Shown here piece after piece: positions 8,436 to 16,838 of a stretch of DNA of 27,912 nt. The stretch comes from an uncultured Clostridia bacterium (lineage in GTDB: Bacteria; Bacillota; Clostridia; Christensenellales; CAG-917). Below the pieces are notes generated by a model. That model did not search any database. It saw nothing but the letters and a program-made list of their open reading frames with translations, and was not told the origin of the DNA. The stretch covers positions 1 to 27,912 of the forward strand of contig USGA01000001.1 of assembly GCA_900554085.1 (NCBI GenBank), written 5' to 3'. The stretch's first letter is position 1; each line of letters opens with the position of its first letter. The translations under genes and the position numbers were made by a program.

Positions 8436-10376
8436 ATGAAAAGAGTTTTCGCACTGATATTGTGCCTTGCTTTGATAATCGGCTGCGTCGCGGCTTTCGT
8501 TGCCTGCAGTCCCGATGACCCCGAAGAAAGCACTCCCGACCGTTTCTACTGGGGAGAGGGCAAGGAAGTGGCGACTTCCGACAAAACTCAGATTGTCTAT
8601 CTCGGCGATTCCATTGCCGAGGGCGTCCTGGGACCGTCTCCGCTTCCCCTGCGTCACGAATATGCATACGCCAACATAATAGGCAAACGCAACGATTACG
8701 ATTACATCAATCATTCCGTATCGGGGCATCTCACGAACAATATGCTGGAACTCATCAGCAACGAAGTGGGTTATGACGGCGCGCGTATGCTCGTGTCCAA
8801 CATTGCCACCGCCGACATCGTGCACATCTCCATAATCGGCAACGACGTCCTGCAGGACAGGAAAGACGTGTTGCTCGACAACGACAAATATCCTCTCAAG
8901 GACTCCGACGGCAAACTCATCGATTACATGACCATGCATCAGGTGGTCTGCGAGGCCATGGTGGACGGCGAGTACGGCACTCTCGAGAGGGCGCTCTACG
9001 GAGAGGACGGCAACAGCGGCTCCTACGGCAACATAGTGAAAATCGTGGAGCGGCTCATCGAACTCAATCCCGACGCGGTCATCATTTTCCAGAAGGTCTA
9101 CAATCCCATTTTCAGCGTGGATACTCCGCTTGTGAAGTCGTGGACGCGCAATGCCATTCAAAGCCACGGCATGGAAATCACGCTCGAGTCTCTGCACGCC
9201 CTCGGCGACAACCTCATCGGCAAGATGAACGCGGTGCTGCAGAAAGTCATTGACAAGTTCAACGACGCAAAGACCGCCGCCGACAAGTGGACGCTTACTT
9301 CCGTTGACGCGCTTGCGGCGTTCAATGCGATTTACGAAGCGGACGGTGCTGAGCGCGCGTGGAACCTCATCTATCCCGACGGTATTCACCCCTCAAACGA
9401 GGGACACGCGGTGCTTGCGGACCTCACTCAGCAGAAACTCGAAGAACTGGGGCTTGCCAACAAGGACAACGCGCTTGCCGCTTACAAGCAAATGCGAATT
9501 GATTTCATCAACAACAATTTCGCGGGCAAGATAAGCAATGCGGAGCAGGTCAAGGCGAACATCAACGCGGCGACTTCCTGCGCGGATGTCACCAAGATAT
9601 TCTTTGCGGCGACCAAAGGAATTATCCCCGATTACGACATCGACCACTCCGCGCCCTCTTCGCCCAAGGAAGTCATCGAAACGCATTTCCGTATCGACCC
9701 CGCCAACACCAGCGTGTGGGGCATAACCGGCACGACGATAAACCTCATCCTCGACCTTGAAAAGAGCGGCGTGTTCCTGCGCAGCGACGGCACGATGTCG
9801 CTCCGTCTCATACTCAGCGACGAAGCCACGGGGATGATCAACGGTCTGCTCGGGTCCTTCCTCGGCGGTAGCGTGGATTTGAGTTCTTTCCAGAACACGT
9901 ATCTTACACCCATTGCGCCCGGTGCGTCCCTGCAGGATATAGAGGGACTGCTGGACATCGCATACGATTGTCTCGGGCTCAAACTCATCGGCTTTGATAT
10001 GAATCACCCCGGGATTGCCGCATTGGTCAACGGACTCAAAGAGGGCAAACTTCCCGCAGAACTCAACATCCCCGAGGGCTTCGGCGTCGAACTCAACTAC
10101 AACTACACGATGAAAAAGGTGCAGGACGCAAACGGAACGGTGTACGACGCGGTGTACCTTACTCCGTACGACAGCGACACTCAGCCCTTCATCGTTATGA
10201 CTATGGCAGCCAAAACCTTCGAGTACAAGGCGGATTACGAGTTCAACCTCATCGAGGACCAGAGGATTCCTCTCGACAGCCCCATTCAGGCGCAGACGCT
10301 GACTTTTATGGTAGACTTCATCAAACTCAAGTTCACCGCGATTGAGTATGTGGACGGTCTGTTCGGGCTTGACTGA
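8436..10376 (+). CDS. SGNH/GDSL hydrolase lipoprotein with uncharacterised C-terminal region
   Basis: Signal peptide with lipobox FVAC; block I LGDSIAEG, block II SVSG, block III IGND, block V DGIHP. Confidence 0.85.
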   Translation: MKRVFALILCLALIIGCVAAFVACSPDDPEESTPDRFYWGEGKEVATSDKTQIVYLGDSIAEGVLGPSPLPLRHEYAYANIIGKRNDYDYINHSVSGHLTNNMLELISNEVGYDGARMLVSNIATADIVHISIIGNDVLQDRKDVLLDNDKYPLKDSDGKLIDYMTMHQVVCEAMVDGEYGTLERALYGEDGNSGSYGNIVKIVERLIELNPDAVIIFQKVYNPIFSVDTPLVKSWTRNAIQSHGMEITLESLHALGDNLIGKMNAVLQKVIDKFNDAKTAADKWTLTSVDALAAFNAIYEADGAERAWNLIYPDGIHPSNEGHAVLADLTQQKLEELGLANKDNALAAYKQMRIDFINNNFAGKISNAEQVKANINAATSCADVTKIFFAATKGIIPDYDIDHSAPSSPKEVIETHFRIDPANTSVWGITGTTINLILDLEKSGVFLRSDGTMSLRLILSDEATGMINGLLGSFLGGSVDLSSFQNTYLTPIAPGASLQDIEGLLDIAYDCLGLKLIGFDMNHPGIAALVNGLKEGKLPAELNIPEGFGVELNYNYTMKKVQDANGTVYDAVYLTPYDSDTQPFIVMTMAAKTFEYKADYEFNLIEDQRIPLDSPIQAQTLTFMVDFIKLKFTAIEYVDGLFGLD

Positions 10377-10393
10377 TAAATCACGGTGAAATA

Positions 10394-10431
10394 AGAACAA
10401 AACGCGGAGACCAATCTCCGCGTTTTGTTCT
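10394..10431 (+). terminator. Intrinsic terminator
   Basis: 17-bp perfect stem AGAACAAAACGCGGAGA-ccaa-TCTCCGCGTTTTGTTCT. Confidence 0.85.
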
Positions 10432-10670
10432 GTGGGTTTCCCGTCGGGCTCGGCAAGTTTATTTCTCCGCGTTACCGGTGAATGTCTTTCCGTGAGGATA
10501 TAATTGTTCCTGCCTCTGCGTAAGTCAAAGGTTGCCTCATAACCACGGTATGGGCGCGTTGCGTCGGAAAGGACATTAACTGCCGAACGCAGTGCTTTTT
10601 CGGTCGGGACCTCGGAGTGCTGAACGGAAGACGGAGGGGAGGGCGCGGGGGAAACGGTTCTTGACCTTAT

Positions 10671-10705
10671 AAAGGAAACGACACCCCCGTCGGGGTGCCG
10701 TCCTT
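10671..10705 (-). terminator. Intrinsic terminator of the minus-strand lipoprotein gene
   Basis: Minus strand GGACGGCACCCC-gacg-GGGGTGTCGTTTCCTTT. Confidence 0.6.
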
Positions 10706-10763
10706 GCGAACGAAGAAAGGGAGAGCGTAAAACTTCGTCCGCGGAATAAGGGGTTATGGGTAA

Positions 10764-11807
10764 TTAAGCGTTTTCGTTTGCGTTCTGTTCACCGAAGATG
10801 AGGGTGTAGAGTTCGTTCCAGTCGGTGTTGCCCGCGACCTCGTATCCGAGGGTGATATCGCTCTCTTCGCTGGCGATGTAGTAGACTTTGACCTGCGCCT
10901 GGAGTTTGATGCCGGCGATATTCTTGCTGACTTTGACGTTGACGCATTTTCTGCCTTGCTCGTCGACGGTTCTCTTGTAACGGACCTCGGTGCCGAACAG
11001 GGAGTCGATGTTTTCGATGCCGGTGGTGTTGCTCTTGACGACCAGTTCTTCGCCGTCCTCGTCGGTTTCAAACTCAACGGAGAAAGCATAGACTTTCACT
11101 CCGAGCACCCAGAATTCGTAGTTGAGTTCTTCCTCGATTTCGTTGCCCTCGGTGCTGAATTCCTGGGAGAATCTGATTTGGTTGCCGAAACTGTCGGAGG
11201 CGACCATAGAGAATTCCTGACCGTTTTCGTCGCCCTCGGATTCGATTTCCATTTCGCCGCTGACGGTAAATTCTTCTTCGCCGTTGACGAGGATACCTTG
11301 CAGGGTGTACTCCTCTTCGGTCTCGATGTCGAGAGTGTCGTCGTCGGTTTCGGTCTCGGAAGCGACGAGTTTGGTGTTGTAGTAGAGGGTGTAGGTGTCT
11401 TTTTCACCGGTCAGCGCGCTGTTGGCGGTGATGACCATCTTGTGGGTGAAATCGGTCCTGTCGGAGACTTCCTCTTTGATTTGCACGGAAGAGCGGTCGA
11501 TGAACTCTTCGATTGCCTTGATTTGCTGGGCTATTTCCTGCAGCATTTCGCTGGATTCGGCTGTTATTTCACCGCGGTGGGTAAAACCGAAACTGTTGCC
11601 GTTCTGTGCGGCGGCGGAAGCCGTTGCGCTCTGCTGAGCATTCATCATAGCCGCCGCGGAAGCCGCGGAATAGCCGATGGTATAAGCATTGCTGCCGACC
11701 TTCGCCGTGTCGTCGTTTTTGTTATCGGGGTCGCAGGCGACGAGGGCGACAACCATCGCGCTTATCGCAAGCACCGCAACGAGAGAAAGCAATATTTTCT
11801 TCTTCAT
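10764..11807 (-). CDS. Acidic lipoprotein of unknown function (paralog 2)
   Basis: Start MKKKILLSLVAVLAISAMVVALVAC (lipobox LVAC) after GGAGG RBS; the ORF-track 5' extension to 12107 does not look protein-like. Confidence 0.8.
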   Translation of the reverse strand: MKKKILLSLVAVLAISAMVVALVACDPDNKNDDTAKVGSNAYTIGYSAASAAAMMNAQQSATASAAAQNGNSFGFTHRGEITAESSEMLQEIAQQIKAIEEFIDRSSVQIKEEVSDRTDFTHKMVITANSALTGEKDTYTLYYNTKLVASETETDDDTLDIETEEEYTLQGILVNGEEEFTVSGEMEIESEGDENGQEFSMVASDSFGNQIRFSQEFSTEGNEIEEELNYEFWVLGVKVYAFSVEFETDEDGEELVVKSNTTGIENIDSLFGTEVRYKRTVDEQGRKCVNVKVSKNIAGIKLQAQVKVYYIASEESDITLGYEVAGNTDWNELYTLIFGEQNANENA

Positions 11808-11832
11808 TTTGAAAATCCTCCGTTCTGGTTTT

Positions 11833-11867
11833 CGTATATAAAACAATCGACGACGCGATTTTGCCAA
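11833..11867 (-). promoter_or_regulatory. Candidate ECF-sigma promoter, copy 2
   Basis: TTGGCAAAATCgcgtcgTCGATTGTTTTATATACG; 28/35 identical, without gaps, to the motif upstream of the ECF sigma gene. Confidence 0.65.
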
Positions 11868-12111
11868 CATTTTCCGAAAATAATTTTTTCTGTCCGTGCA
11901 ATCGCAAGCATACAGTCGGGGAAAAGCCTGAAATATTTTTATTGAACGTTGGCGTGTGCACGCAATAACAGAATGACGCGCACGCGCGCGCCCGACAGGG
12001 TAGGGTGCGTGAAGTGAGTCCGAAAGGTTGCGGGAAAAGCGCGCCGGCGGCAGACGGAGCGTCGGTCGGAACTCGGCGAAGCCGTCACCTCTTCGCAAAC
12101 GTTGCATATCG

Positions 12112-12147
12112 AAGGGAAAGGGCGGCGCGTTGCGCCGCCCTTTCCTT
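12112..12147 (-). terminator. Intrinsic terminator after lipoprotein paralog 1
   Basis: GGAAAGGGCGGCGC-gtt-GCGCCGCCCTTTCC 14-bp perfect stem. Confidence 0.8.
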
Positions 12148-12175
12148 TTGGGGGGAGAGAATTATATCGACACCG

Positions 12176-13279
12176 TTATGCGCGGATTGTTGTCGTCGTA
12201 CCAGTGTTGTCCGAGCCGAAAATTTTTGCGCCGAGCGTATCCCAGTTGGCGGGATTGACGAAGGCAAAGGTATATTCGGTCTCGCCGTCTGCCGATTGGC
12301 CTACCGAAACCATAACGGTGGCGGAGGTGCGGGGATAGGCGGCGGTGTCGGTGACTTCGATTACGATACGGGTGCCCGTGCTCACGGTTTCCGCCTCGTA
12401 TTCGACGGCGATTCCCGTCCAGTTGTCGGTGCCGCCGCGGGAGATAAACTCCACTTCCAGTTCGTCTTTGCCGTTTTCTTTTTCGAACTCGACGGAGAAC
12501 TCCTCGTCGGCTTTGCCTACGGGCTTGCCCGCTGCGTCATAGACTGCGTCGGAGAAATATTCGTATTCGAATTCTTCTTCCTGTTCGCCCGTTTCGGTCT
12601 CGGTGCCGTATTCGAGGACTATGCACGAAGTGCCGTTTTTGGCGATGAGTTCGATTTCGTGTTCGGTTTCGTCCGCGGAGACCTCGTTTTCCACTTCGCC
12701 CGTGACGGTGTAGGTCACTCCGCCGTAGGTCATCACGCCGTCGAGACGGAACTTTTCTTCGTTGTCGATATCCCAGTCATCGCGGTCGTCGTCAAAGTCG
12801 CGGTCATAGTCGGGAAGAGCGGAAATGTTGTAGTGGAGCACGAAAGTGTTTTCTTCGCCGTCAAGACCTTTTGTCGTCACCGACAGGAAATGCGCATAGC
12901 CTTCTTCGGTGGACGCGCCTTCGGTAACGGTTATTCCCGTGCGGTCTATGAATGAGCCTATCACGGCGAGTTGCTTCTCGAATTCCGCTTTGAAATTGTC
13001 CGCATAGAGGGTTTCGGTTGCGGGTTGTACGGCAGACGACGAAGCGCCTCCGCCCAGCACCGCCAACGCGGAAACAGAAGTCGCGGCAGAGTAGCCTATA
13101 AGGGAACTGTTGGACGCCGTCACCACGGTGTCGGCGGTCCCGTCGCCGTTTCCGCCGTTGCCGTCGGGGAAGTAGTTTTCACCCGAGGGCGGGTCGTTGC
13201 CGCAGGCGGCGAGGACTACCGCACCTGCGGTGAGCACGGCGACAAGCATAAGAACGATGAGAACTTTTTTCACGGTCAT
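12176..13279 (-). CDS. Acidic lipoprotein of unknown function (paralog 1)
   Basis: Lipobox LAAC; GGAGG RBS; shares IGYSAA, LHYN/LYYN, DI..EE...L.G and W..L...IFG blocks with 10764-11807. Confidence 0.8.
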   Translation of the reverse strand: MTVKKVLIVLMLVAVLTAGAVVLAACGNDPPSGENYFPDGNGGNGDGTADTVVTASNSSLIGYSAATSVSALAVLGGGASSSAVQPATETLYADNFKAEFEKQLAVIGSFIDRTGITVTEGASTEEGYAHFLSVTTKGLDGEENTFVLHYNISALPDYDRDFDDDRDDWDIDNEEKFRLDGVMTYGGVTYTVTGEVENEVSADETEHEIELIAKNGTSCIVLEYGTETETGEQEEEFEYEYFSDAVYDAAGKPVGKADEEFSVEFEKENGKDELEVEFISRGGTDNWTGIAVEYEAETVSTGTRIVIEVTDTAAYPRTSATVMVSVGQSADGETEYTFAFVNPANWDTLGAKIFGSDNTGTTTTIRA

Positions 13280-13321
13280 ACCTCCTTGTTTGCAGTCGTG
13301 TTGCGGTTTGTTGCGCGGACG

Positions 13322-14551
13322 TTATCCGCGGAGTTCCTCCATAATCTCCGCCTTCCATTCGCTCATTTCGCGGGCCACGGATTCGGCGAAGTTGTGCATA
13401 TCCTCTTCGTAGAGTTCTATTATGTCGTCGAAGAGGTCCTCGAGACCTTCGAAGAATTCCCCGAACCAGTCGCCGTTTATGAAAGAATCCACTATTTCGT
13501 GATAAAGGGACAAAACGGTCGAGGTAAGGTCGATGTAATCGTTGCGTATGGTTTCCAGCAGGACGTGCAATTCGGGAAGACCGAATTCGTCTTCGTCCAT
13601 ATCGTCAAGCGCGTCGAGAACGTCTCTCAGGCTGTCGACAAACGAGTCGAACGATTGGCGTTCGGCGGCGAGTTTGTCGGCGTCGGCTTTGACTGAAGAA
13701 TCCTCGTATTTTGCAGAAAGCGCGTTTTCAACGTTCAGAATGACACTTTCATCGTACTGTTTGAGAATTTTATTGAGTTGGTCCGCAGTGTATGAGGAGA
13801 GCGCCGCAAGCGATTTTCCCGTGACTTCGCTGACCTCGGCGACGAGAACGCTTTTGCCGGGAGAGCAGTAGTCTTTTACACGATAGGTATAGCGCGTGCC
13901 GTCGGTCGCGGAAGATGAGAGAGAGTTGCCGCAGTACACGCCAGTGTTCCAGCCGTTGGCGGAGAACATAGAAAGCAGTCCGCCCACAATAGAGGAACTC
14001 ACTTCGGCTTCCCGCGCCGCACTGTCGTTTACGGCGAGCAGGTTGAGAGTGCGCGTCTCCGTTTTGTCGATGAATCCCAGGGCTTCGCTTTCGGCTACTA
14101 TGGCCCGCGCGGCGTCTTCCACGGGCATACCGACGAGGTTCATTCCGTACAGCACTATTGCGGCGTCGGCGTTAAGTGCGGACACTTCCGCGACCGTGTT
14201 GTCGGCGGCGACGCTGAGTGCGAACGACGGATTTATGTCCAGGCTGACGTAAGTGAATTCGGAGGCGGTTACGGCTGTCGTCGCGAACACGAAATAGAAC
14301 GAAAGCCCGATTACGATTGCCGCGAATACGACGAGCAGCACCGTAGCCACGCGGCGAGTGCCGGCGGAACGGGAACTTGCCGACGTGTGGGCGCGGGACG
14401 CACATTCGGCGGCGGGAGAAAGGACGGGTTCGCGGACTTCGTCGAACACGCGTTCGTCGTCGAATACGCGAGAACGCACGGACTGCTTGAAGTTGTCGTC
14501 GGGCAACACGGCGTTCGCCTGTTTCTTCAGAATCTTTTCAATCCGTTTCAT
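13322..14551 (-). CDS. Anti-sigma factor with RsgI-like extracellular domain
   Basis: Cytoplasmic N-terminus, one TM, then YVSLDINPS..L.V.....V..V.ALN.DA typical of the RsgI juxtamembrane domain; directly follows the ECF sigma gene. Confidence 0.78.
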   Translation of the reverse strand: MKRIEKILKKQANAVLPDDNFKQSVRSRVFDDERVFDEVREPVLSPAAECASRAHTSASSRSAGTRRVATVLLVVFAAIVIGLSFYFVFATTAVTASEFTYVSLDINPSFALSVAADNTVAEVSALNADAAIVLYGMNLVGMPVEDAARAIVAESEALGFIDKTETRTLNLLAVNDSAAREAEVSSSIVGGLLSMFSANGWNTGVYCGNSLSSSATDGTRYTYRVKDYCSPGKSVLVAEVSEVTGKSLAALSSYTADQLNKILKQYDESVILNVENALSAKYEDSSVKADADKLAAERQSFDSFVDSLRDVLDALDDMDEDEFGLPELHVLLETIRNDYIDLTSTVLSLYHEIVDSFINGDWFGEFFEGLEDLFDDIIELYEEDMHNFAESVAREMSEWKAEIMEELRG

Positions 14552-14555
14552 CAGC

Positions 14556-15080
14556 CTAACCTCCTTTCAGATATTGTTCCAGTTTCTCGAGCGACGTTTT
14601 GTATCGGTGCGTCACGGTGGACACGGGCATTTCCTTTATTTTTGCCACTTCGCGGCGCTTGAAGCCCGCAACCGCACACATAATCACTATCTCGAAGTCG
14701 TCGGGCGGGAGCAGTTTTTCCGCCGCCGCTATCAGTCCCGTAGATTCGTCGTCGGTCGGGTCTGTCGCGCCGAACAACTTTTCGTTCTCGGCGAAGTCGG
14801 TCGCCACTTCGCGGGATTTTTTCTTCACGCTGTTGAGCGCAAGCCTCTTGGCTATTGTCGTCAGCCACGCGAGGAAGTTGTTGCTTTCGTAGGAATCTAT
14901 GCGGGAGAGTGCGGTCACGTAGGTATCCTGCACTATGTCCTCCGTCGCCTCTTTTTGTCCGACGATTGCGTGGACGACGAAATATACGACCTTGTATGTG
15001 CCGTCGTATATGACATCAAATTGTCCCCGTTCGCCCCCCTTCAGGCGCGCGACGGCTCTCTCCAGCGCATCTTTCGTCAT
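14556..15080 (-). CDS. ECF (sigma-70 group 4) RNA polymerase sigma factor
   Basis: 174 aa; EDIVQDTY, FLAWLTTIAKRLALN (region 2), GFKRREVA....P.STV (region 4). Confidence 0.92.
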   Translation of the reverse strand: MTKDALERAVARLKGGERGQFDVIYDGTYKVVYFVVHAIVGQKEATEDIVQDTYVTALSRIDSYESNNFLAWLTTIAKRLALNSVKKKSREVATDFAENEKLFGATDPTDDESTGLIAAAEKLLPPDDFEIVIMCAVAGFKRREVAKIKEMPVSTVTHRYKTSLEKLEQYLKGG

Positions 15081-15089
15081 TCCGCTCTC

Positions 15090-15124
15090 CGTATATATAA
15101 CAATCGAAAAACGGATTTTACCAA
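15090..15124 (-). promoter_or_regulatory. Candidate autoregulated ECF promoter, copy 1
   Basis: TTGGTAAAATCcgttttTCGATTGTTATATATACG immediately upstream of the sigma RBS/start. Confidence 0.65.
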
Positions 15125-15198
15125 TGAAAAGTCCGTTTTTTTTGAATATTTTACAGGTTTTCGCTCACATCGTCAAACGCGCAACCTGCGACGAAAAG

Positions 15199-15221
15199 AA
15201 AAAGTGCCGTCGTACGGCACT
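15199..15221 (-). terminator. Terminator after luxS
   Basis: Minus strand AGTGCCGT-acg-ACGGCACT-TTTT. Confidence 0.7.
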
Positions 15222-15249
15222 CGTGAAAGGGAAAACAAACGTTAGGCGG

Positions 15250-15726
15250 TCAGTTTTCCGTGCGGGGATACTCGAATCGGGGAGTACTGGTCAGTGATTC
15301 CAGGTAGCGCGCCGTGTAGAATTTCGCCATAGCGAGATTCTGCTCCAGATAATTCCCGCATTCGGCCGCTTTGGCCCCCGGAATTTCGCCCTCGAAGGAC
15401 AGAATAAAAGAACACATATCCTTGATTAGAGGCGCGACTTCCGCGGGAGTGAGCCTGCCGAACATCAGAAGATAACAGCCTGTGCGGCATCCCATCGGCC
15501 CGAAATATACGATTTCGTCCTTGCGGGGGCAGTTGCGCAGATACGTTGCCCCGAGGTGTTCTATCGTGTGCAGAGCCGCCATATCCATAACGGGCTCGCG
15601 GTTGGGCGCCGTGAAGCGGAGGTCGAAAGTGGTGACGGCAACTCCGTCGCGTTCGTCGACGCGGGACAGATACAATCCGCTCAGCAATTCTGTGTGGTTT
15701 ATGGTGAAACTTGCTATCTTTTCCAT
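15250..15726 (-). CDS. luxS: S-ribosylhomocysteine lyase
   Basis: IASFTINH, FDLRF..PN, HTIEH, GPMGCRTG, IPGA...CGNY. Confidence 0.96.
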   Translation of the reverse strand: MEKIASFTINHTELLSGLYLSRVDERDGVAVTTFDLRFTAPNREPVMDMAALHTIEHLGATYLRNCPRKDEIVYFGPMGCRTGCYLLMFGRLTPAEVAPLIKDMCSFILSFEGEIPGAKAAECGNYLEQNLAMAKFYTARYLESLTSTPRFEYPRTEN

Positions 15727-15760
15727 AATCTCCGTGTCGGTGCGCGTACGCGCTTTTACA

Positions 15761-16426
15761 TTATATCCACCTGAAGTTCTCTTTGCCCGCGCCCAGTTCG
15801 AAATGATATTTTGCGATTCCCAGGTCCACTTTGGTGAAGAACCCGGTGCCCGCTTTGGCTTCCACGGTATCGCCGCGTTGTATGAAAAAGAATTTTTGCT
15901 GGTTGAGAGCGGTGGGGGCGTTGAGTGCCGCGTCCACTCCTTTCACGAACCAGTCCGCCGCTTCGCCTTCTGCCGCGCTGACCTGACCGACCGTCTTCGT
16001 CCTGCGGGGCAGACCTTGAGTCTTGCCGTAGCCTACGGCAATCACCAGCACGAGTTTCTCGCCCTTGTCGACGGTGTATGCTCCCTGAATCCTGGAGTAG
16101 GTGAGCCCTACCCAACAGGAATTCAGCCCGAGAGTCTGTGCGAGAAGCACCAGTTTTTCGCCGTAGTAACCGCACCGCTCGCTGAGGTCGGGGGATTTCT
16201 TTCCTATGAGTGCGATATAGTTCGACACTCCCGAGAATTTGCCGTAGTGCGCCATAAAACCGTCGAAAGCCCTGGGCTCGTCAGTGACCAACTGAATATG
16301 CAGTTCGCCCTGGCGGTTACACTCATCAACCGCTTGTCGGAGGGTGTTGACGACGTCTTCGGGAATGGGTTTGTCGAGGTATTCTCTCACGCAGTGCCTG
16401 ACGAGCATTGCCTCCTTAAGCGTCAT
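15761..16426 (-). CDS. Nitroreductase family protein
   Basis: RHCVREY, GYYGEKLVLLAQTLGLNSCWV, APTALNQQ, DLGIAKYHFE; start ATG 16426 after AGGAG; TTGTTT-17-TATAAT promoter at about 16500-16528. Confidence 0.88.
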   Translation of the reverse strand: MTLKEAMLVRHCVREYLDKPIPEDVVNTLRQAVDECNRQGELHIQLVTDEPRAFDGFMAHYGKFSGVSNYIALIGKKSPDLSERCGYYGEKLVLLAQTLGLNSCWVGLTYSRIQGAYTVDKGEKLVLVIAVGYGKTQGLPRRTKTVGQVSAAEGEAADWFVKGVDAALNAPTALNQQKFFFIQRGDTVEAKAGTGFFTKVDLGIAKYHFELGAGKENFRWI

Positions 16427-16652
16427 ATTGCGGTCTCCTTTCCGATAACTCCGAGGTGCGGATATATCCGATTTCTCGGGTTTACAGTCCGTTTTTTTCA
16501 TTATAACCCGTGTCGGGTGTAAAAACAAGGGAGAGCGGTTCATTTTGTCCGTTCGGCTCTCCAAGACGAATAACGGGGATTTTCCATACTGCGTGTCGGT
16601 GACTTGTGCAATCATTGCCATTTGCATCGGCGGTTTCGGCCGATTGCCAATA

Positions 16653-16681
16653 TTGAAACATTGTGAAAAGTCTGTTATAAT
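16653..16681 (+). promoter_or_regulatory. Putative cas9 operon promoter
   Basis: TTGAAA-17 bp-TATAAT with extended -10 (TGT TATAAT). Confidence 0.65.
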
Positions 16682-16800
16682 TAAACAAACCCGCTTGCGC
16701 AGGTTTGTAACACACAGCGTGTGATGCCGAAAAATCGGTGGTTTGAAAAAAGCTTATTTGAACTAATGGTGTAATCCCAAACGGTAGCCAACGTTTGAGT
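16682..16800 (-). ncRNA. tracrRNA
   Basis: Minus strand ...GGGATTACACCATTAGTTCAAATAAGC... pairs with repeat GTTTGAGTATGGTGTAATCC (lower stem, bulge, upper stem), followed by nexus-like and 3' hairpins (ACAAACCTGCGCAAGCGGGTTTGTTT); ends approximate. Confidence 0.9.
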
Positions 16801-16806
16801 ACGTTT

Positions 16807-16835
16807 ATTATAAAACACGCAAAGGGGAATGTCAA
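16807..16835 (-). promoter_or_regulatory. tracrRNA promoter
   Basis: Perfect consensus TTGACA-17 bp-TATAAT overlapping the cas9 RBS region. Confidence 0.85.
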
Positions 16836-16838
16836 GAT

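Noticed and set aside
11808..12107. ORF-track N-terminal extensions (also 1172-1246, 830-859, 4062-4091, 16427-16627)
   Set aside because: Downstream ATGs have clear RBSs and match family N-termini or signal peptides; several extensions overlap promoters.
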